A stretch of 63,600 nt of DNA, counting the filler, from Choristocarpus tenellus KU-1152 (lineage: Eukaryota; Protista; Phaeophyceae), in the NCBI GenBank assembly GCA_964200185.2. It is 11 parts of 11 records of this genome, joined end to end, with 100 filler letters (N's around TTAATTAATTAA, not from the genome) between each part and the next. Parts side by side here need not be neighbours in the genome. Positions count along the whole stretch, not along the records: positions 60,773 to 63,600 come from CAXNAD020024393.1; 10 more parts are not named here. One strand, 5' to 3'. The notes under the pieces were generated by a model. It saw only the letters and a list, made by a program, of their open reading frames with translations. It was not told the DNA's origin and made no database searches. The translations under genes were made by a program, and so were the position numbers. Shown in pieces: positions 63,507 to 63,600 of this stretch. The first letter of the stretch is position 1. The number at the start of each line of letters is the position of its first letter.

Positions 63507-63600
63507 ATAAGCACTTTAGTTTTCTTCTGGAGGCTCAAAGTATCTGGGAGGGGGTGGCGGCTGTCTATTTGGGATCAATTTTTTCATGTCGCGATTTTTG

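Overview
Eukaryotic nuclear DNA, most likely from a brown alga or close stramenopile relative. The basis is spliceosomal introns, one-repeat-per-72-nt-exon LRR cassettes, an axonemal dynein, bipartite plastid-like presequences and TTAGGG repeats. The window is not contiguous: it is 11 contigs joined by ten artificial 100-nt linkers (44 N + TTAATTAATTAA + 44 N), so adjacency across linkers means nothing. Hand-spliced genes are SUA5/TsaC, a divergent TPR-like gene, an omega-3/omega-6 type fatty-acid desaturase, a dynein heavy-chain stalk segment, an ankyrin-repeat gene, a large coiled-coil gene and several unknowns. There are two highlights, neither visible in the ORF track. (1) A minus-strand LRR immune-receptor-like locus whose 24-aa repeats are 72-nt exons in tandem ~650-bp exon+intron cassettes, with hypervariable surface residues (5.8-11.7 kb). 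(2) A decayed, intron-rich Sola-like (DUF7869-type) transposase set head-to-head with a spliced ParB/Srx-fold + HTH-like gene, separated by three ~267-bp repeats that each carry a GC-rich palindrome (51.5-60.5 kb). Two MITE families that share a terminal motif and mostly 4-bp TSDs occur throughout. All gene models and family assignments come from manual reading and motif recall; no database search was run.
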